The translations under genes were made by a program, and so were the position numbers. DNA of 64,000 nucleotides from an uncultured Eubacterium sp. (GTDB lineage Bacteria; Bacillota; Clostridia; Lachnospirales; Lachnospiraceae). Below the pieces are notes generated by a model, which did not search any database, was not told the origin of the DNA, and worked only from the letters and a program-made list of their open reading frames with translations. The DNA is taken from positions 9,547 through 73,546 of the forward strand of contig CAZWAG010000001.1 of assembly GCA_964631845.1 (NCBI GenBank), read 5' to 3'. This document shows, in pieces, positions 59,593-64,000 of the stretch. Positions within the stretch are counted from its first letter, which is position 1, and the number at the start of each line of letters is the position of its first letter.

Positions 59593-59964
59593 ATGGCATG
59601 CTTTATCGTACCAGCTACAGAAGCTGTTATCACAACAACTATCACAAAAGTAATTGAATCAAAAGAAGGTAAATCAACAGATAGCACACCAAAGGTTCAC
59701 TTCTCAAGTAAGTTAAAAAGACTTAACAACTTCTTATGGGGTGGCTCAGCTCTTTTAGCATTTGAGCATTTATGGCACGGAGAAATCACACCATTCTTTC
59801 CATTCATCACTGCTGCAGGAAACGAATCCGACGCAGCAGCTATGTTACACGAAATGTCTACTGTAGGTGTTTCAATGGCAGTTCTTGTTACTGTTGCATG
59901 GGGAGTAATTACAATCGCTGAGAGCGTTATTGCCGGAAGAGACAAGGAAGTTACATCAGAATAA
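59593..59964 (+). CDS. Hypothetical membrane protein (LWGGS, EHxxHGE motifs)
   Basis: RBS ggagg and hydrophobic helices. Confidence 0.75.
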   Translation: MACFIVPATEAVITTTITKVIESKEGKSTDSTPKVHFSSKLKRLNNFLWGGSALLAFEHLWHGEITPFFPFITAAGNESDAAAMLHEMSTVGVSMAVLVTVAWGVITIAESVIAGRDKEVTSE

Positions 59965-59982
59965 TTAAATAGGAGCAATACA

Positions 59983-60291
59983 ATGACTTTATTAATTACA
60001 ATATTTGCGGCTATCATATCGACAATTGTCTGGTATATAAGTTCAAAAGCAAGGCAGCTTAAAATTGGTATTCTTTGCTATATGTTTTGGGGAGCATCAA
60101 TTATGTGGCTTGTGGATGCAATTTCTGAGTACATTGAGCTTGGTGCCGAGTATTTCACCCCAGCCATCTCCGATATGATTAATGATTCTTTTTTAGGATT
60201 ATCGGTAATAGCACTCGCAATGATAATTTGGCTTGCCATCTTATTATTCAAAGACCCTATGGGCATAGTGAAAAAATCTATTAAAAAATAA
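59983..60291 (+). CDS. Hypothetical three-TM protein (FWGAS motif)
   Basis: RBS aggag and three hydrophobic helices. Confidence 0.75.
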   Translation: MTLLITIFAAIISTIVWYISSKARQLKIGILCYMFWGASIMWLVDAISEYIELGAEYFTPAISDMINDSFLGLSVIALAMIIWLAILLFKDPMGIVKKSIKK

Positions 60292-60342
60292 TATAAATGT
60301 AACACATACCTATATATACAAAAGAAGGACTACAAAAAAACT

Positions 60343-60420
60343 AAAGAACAGAACAAGACCTGCAATGGCCATCACCAATGCAGGTCTTGTTAGTTGGAGA
60401 CTTTTTTACATCCCCTTTTT
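60343..60420 (-). repeat. Dispersed hairpin repeat, copy D
   Basis: Reverse complement aaaaaggggatgtaaaaaagtctccaact, then a 13-bp perfect stem aacaagacctgca/tgcaggtcttgtt. Abuts the S8 protease stop codon. Confidence 0.8.
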
Positions 60421-63400
60421 CTACTTCTTAACTATTACTCTTTTAGCCTTTGACCACTTTCCAACTTTGTTTTTATTTATACCTCTGACTCTAATAAAGT
60501 AGCTTTTCCCTTTTTTGAGTTTCTTGATTGTATATGTAGTCTTCGATGTAGTCTTTGTTTTTGCCTTTTTGAATTTTTTACTTGTAGAATACTGAATTTG
60601 ATATTTCTTTGCATTTTTAAGTTTATTAAACTTAATTTTTATAGACTTTTTCTTTATATTTTTTGCAGACTTTATTTTTGCTTTTGCTATATTGTTGTTG
60701 GCCTGAGTTGTCTGCTCAATTTTATTAGTCACATTTGATGTGGACTGGTTTTCAGTAGATGTAGTCTCTGGTGGTGTCGTTGTCGTTGTCGTTGTTGTTG
60801 TCGTTGCAGTGCCCTCTAGGGATGACACTTTTACAATGGTCTGATTAAATGCATAATCCACCAAGTTGCATTCTATTGCATTGGTTCTCTGTGATGTTAT
60901 ATCCAATGTCACTTTGCACTCAGCATCACCATTGATTTTCTCATATTCGTAGAAATTATCTCCCTCTGTTAATATGTCGTAAACCTCAACTCCCATCAAC
61001 TGTTTATTGTCGCTTACTCTCATTTCGAGATATTTTCTTCCAGCTTCCGTGTAAACCTTTGCCTCTTCGATTGTAGGTGCGACTGTGTCAATATACAATG
61101 GTAATGTGATTGACTGCTCTTTTTCTCTCTCATACAATAAAGTTGTTGTAATCGTCGCAGTGTAGTCGCCATCAGCATATTTTTTATCTGAGAAATCTAT
61201 ATCTATACACTGGTACATTGATTTCATATTTGGTTCGTTGTCTAATTCTTCCGTATATACAATATTTCCTTCTCGATCATTTATGTCAACCTTATATTTT
61301 GAAATATTTCTCAATAAAGTTGCACTTACGCATAAGAAATCATACATTCCATCACCATTTGGCGAAATCGCTGCATTCTCTTCCTTATAGTCAAAATCCT
61401 CCACAATCATATCACTAAAGTTTTTTTCTAAAGCAGATTCATCTAATTCTCCGAACAAATTTGTTCCAAGAGGCTGACACCAATGAAAGCCTTCATCTGT
61501 TGCCCCACATGTGGAATCATAAAAATCAGAAGCAAGATATGTTCCCATAAACTCAGGATTACAATCTATCTTTTCGTCCAACATAGATGCTTGTGTCCAA
61601 TCACCATAAAATCCCATATACGGAATGTTTATTTGTGCAGTGCCCTGGTCTGAGGATTTTAGAACAACAAATCCCTCTACAAAAAATCCATTTTCAAATA
61701 TCTTCATATTCTCTGACATTTCACTGCTGTCAAGTCTGACTGTGATTTCTATTTCTTTTGAGCTCTCTGCCGGAACAGTTACCGAATCCGGTGCATCATA
61801 ATCAAACGAAAACTTTCTGGAACCATCCCCCACATAATACTGACCTTCTTCCTCATAATAATTATCGCCTTCCACATACAGCGAAATATTGTCATATGTA
61901 GCTTCACTTTCACTCAGATTATGTGCCGTAAACTTTAATTTAAATTCATCAGTCAAATTGTCTTTTAAGCTTATGCTGGCTTTGTTATTTGTTCCTTCCA
62001 AATACACTTCCGTATTAGCCGCATTCTCCAAATTTACAAGACCTGCTCCCTGAACTCTTGGTGAATAAGGAACACCGTCTTCCTGAAAACAGATGGATGC
62101 AGTAGACATCATCAATGACTGCTCCAAACTAACCTTATCTTCTGCGTCAGGATATTTATCATCTACATACTGATCCAGTAATGCGGCTGCTCCAGCTAAA
62201 TGAGGTGTAGCCATTGAAGTTCCGCTTGCATATTTATACTTATTATTCGGATAAGAGGAATAAATATCTCCTCCCGGAGCGGTTATATCAGGCTTCAGTT
62301 CCAAATCAGTCATTGTAGCATAGGAAGAAAATGAACTAACTGCACCACCTCTACCAAGTATCTCCACTAAGTTTTCTTCCGAAGAAATAGTTATTTTATC
62401 TGCTACGTTTGAAAATTTATCCTTATCTGACGATGCGACAACCATAACGGGAATAATATCCTCATAATCTACTTGAAGAATCTCTGTGTCTTCATTATTA
62501 ATTATGATAAGTCCTTCTGCTCCCGCTTGCACCGCTAAATTCTGCATATCCGCAAAATAGGCAACACCCCTTTGAACAACTGCTATTTTTCCATACAAAT
62601 CTTTGCCTTCAAAGTCTTCCTCCAGTCCATATCCACAATCGACAAATTCCCATTCTTCTCCATCAAGCCACATATGTACCGTTTCAAAATCACTTGAAAA
62701 ATAATTGACATCATATTCTCCAATACTCATATTTCCTACTTCAAAATACGACACTGAGGAGTCTGACGAAGCTACAGATGTTACAGATTGAAAATACTGT
62801 GGAGAACCTCCGGTTGAATAATCAACAATTGATGTTTTTAATCCGGACTTACCTGTGTATTCCTTTTCTTCATTTCCGGCCGCGCAGGAAACATATATTC
62901 CCGCTTTTCTCGCATTTTCAAAAGCCTCCTGCTCTGCATCACATGTAAGATTCTGGGAACCAAAGCTACAATTTATGCTGTCAACATCTAATTTTGCGGC
63001 GTCATCTAAGGCGGCTATTACCTGTTCATCCGTCAATTCAGGTACTGCGAAAAATGCCAGTTGGGCATCCGGTGCCACTCCAGTAAACTTTGTTCCGTCA
63101 CTAAGTGTTCCATTGTTTCCCACTGCAATACCAGAAACATGACTACCATGTATTATGTCGCTATCATCTGAGTATACATTTTTACTATTTTTTGAATAGT
63201 TATATGCGAAAGGAATTTTTTCGCTTCTATATGCTTTGTCAGCTGTTACATTCGTATTAAATTTATTATCTGCAATAATTTGAGCAATATCAGCCTTTGT
63301 ATATCTTGGATTTTCAATAGAGCCTGAGAAAAATTCATGATTTACATCAAGTTCTGTATCAATTACAGCTACAACCTGTCCCTGTCCACTATATCCATTT

Positions 63401-63942
63401 TTATGCATGTAGGATGCTCCAATTGCCTCACAGCACTCACATACATTATTTGCATTGTCTGCCTCACCTTCAACAGGGTCGTCTATTTTTATTTTGTTGG
63501 AAATGTAAACATCTTTAACGCCTGAAATATTTTTCACCGTATCTATATCATCTGCATCAATAGTCATAGAAAAACCATTTATAACATTTGTGTAACTATA
63601 TCCGTAATCTTTTACACCAATCTTCCCTGATATTTTAGTTTTTACAGCTTCCTGCTGGTTAATTACACGGGCTAATAATTGTTTTGCCTTAGTTGTTTTG
63701 TGATAAGCCCTAATGCCTTTCTTTGAAATATTGGCTGGAGATAGAACTGCATCTCCCTCGAGCTGGACAATTACATTTACTGTTCCGGTAACATTGTTTG
63801 CTTCATTATTTTGAGCAACCACAACTTTTGTTTTCAAATTATTTTGCTTAGCCACTTTTTGTGAAGCCATAGCTTGTGGCGTCATTGCTGTTGATATGGC
63901 AATAGCAAGCAATATTGCCAGTAATCTTTTAAATGTCTTCAT
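60421..63942 (-). CDS. Secreted S8 subtilisin-like serine protease (lactocepin/C5a-peptidase-type architecture: I9, S8, PA, Fn-like)
   Basis: Triad VAVID, HGSHVSG, GTSMATP; AAGNE; PA domain (GKIAVVQRG); poly-Thr linker; Lys-rich Fn3 tail. Confidence 0.93.
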   Translation of the reverse strand: MKTFKRLLAILLAIAISTAMTPQAMASQKVAKQNNLKTKVVVAQNNEANNVTGTVNVIVQLEGDAVLSPANISKKGIRAYHKTTKAKQLLARVINQQEAVKTKISGKIGVKDYGYSYTNVINGFSMTIDADDIDTVKNISGVKDVYISNKIKIDDPVEGEADNANNVCECCEAIGASYMHKNGYSGQGQVVAVIDTELDVNHEFFSGSIENPRYTKADIAQIIADNKFNTNVTADKAYRSEKIPFAYNYSKNSKNVYSDDSDIIHGSHVSGIAVGNNGTLSDGTKFTGVAPDAQLAFFAVPELTDEQVIAALDDAAKLDVDSINCSFGSQNLTCDAEQEAFENARKAGIYVSCAAGNEEKEYTGKSGLKTSIVDYSTGGSPQYFQSVTSVASSDSSVSYFEVGNMSIGEYDVNYFSSDFETVHMWLDGEEWEFVDCGYGLEEDFEGKDLYGKIAVVQRGVAYFADMQNLAVQAGAEGLIIINNEDTEILQVDYEDIIPVMVVASSDKDKFSNVADKITISSEENLVEILGRGGAVSSFSSYATMTDLELKPDITAPGGDIYSSYPNNKYKYASGTSMATPHLAGAAALLDQYVDDKYPDAEDKVSLEQSLMMSTASICFQEDGVPYSPRVQGAGLVNLENAANTEVYLEGTNNKASISLKDNLTDEFKLKFTAHNLSESEATYDNISLYVEGDNYYEEEGQYYVGDGSRKFSFDYDAPDSVTVPAESSKEIEITVRLDSSEMSENMKIFENGFFVEGFVVLKSSDQGTAQINIPYMGFYGDWTQASMLDEKIDCNPEFMGTYLASDFYDSTCGATDEGFHWCQPLGTNLFGELDESALEKNFSDMIVEDFDYKEENAAISPNGDGMYDFLCVSATLLRNISKYKVDINDREGNIVYTEELDNEPNMKSMYQCIDIDFSDKKYADGDYTATITTTLLYEREKEQSITLPLYIDTVAPTIEEAKVYTEAGRKYLEMRVSDNKQLMGVEVYDILTEGDNFYEYEKINGDAECKVTLDITSQRTNAIECNLVDYAFNQTIVKVSSLEGTATTTTTTTTTTPPETTSTENQSTSNVTNKIEQTTQANNNIAKAKIKSAKNIKKKSIKIKFNKLKNAKKYQIQYSTSKKFKKAKTKTTSKTTYTIKKLKKGKSYFIRVRGINKNKVGKWSKAKRVIVKK

Positions 63943-64000
63943 ATAAAAACCTCCCGCTAATTTTCGATTGTTGGTGATTCCATCTCCAATGCTGTTGTAT

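Noticed and set aside
60774-60806. (gtt/gtc)n microsatellite
   Set aside because: It encodes the poly-Thr linker of the S8 protease, and triplet slippage keeps the frame.
1525-63525. Many 60-200 aa antisense or alternate-frame ORFs in the ORF track
   Set aside because: They are shadows of well-supported genes, with no RBS or family motifs.

Overview
A 64-kb low-GC chromosomal window from a Bacillota genome, most likely Lachnospiraceae or Eubacterium-like (judged from gene content and synteny only). It is mostly housekeeping: mecA (3' end), trmH-family, dnaE, xth, the uvrC-hprK-glcK-murB-rapZ-whiA-HPr operon, ftsH, pyrG, nadB-nadC-niaR, fbp, pepD, metA, psd/pssA, a split purH under a ZTP riboswitch, hsp20 with a perfect CIRCE, mscL, MoxR/VWA and CBS-PPase. 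It also carries three large secreted multidomain enzymes (GDPD, GH76, S8 protease). I found no rRNA, tRNA, CRISPR array, integrase or transposase. The most unusual signals are: (1) a dispersed ~70-115 bp hairpin repeat in four copies, two of which bracket, in inverted orientation, an AT-rich MBOAT-SGNH-ECF sigma-anti-sigma cassette with its own ECF-type promoter; (2) a 292-bp palindromic MITE-like element upstream of carD, whose terminal arm recurs as a solo copy supplying the ftsH stop codon; (3) an atypical Spo0A paralogue divergent from an XRE protein with a possibly inactive S24-like domain; (4) a five-gene phospholipid head-group operon, an OPT-PqqD-PepD locus, and a DegV protein with an EF-hand-like tail. 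All calls come from motif recognition by eye; no database searches were run.
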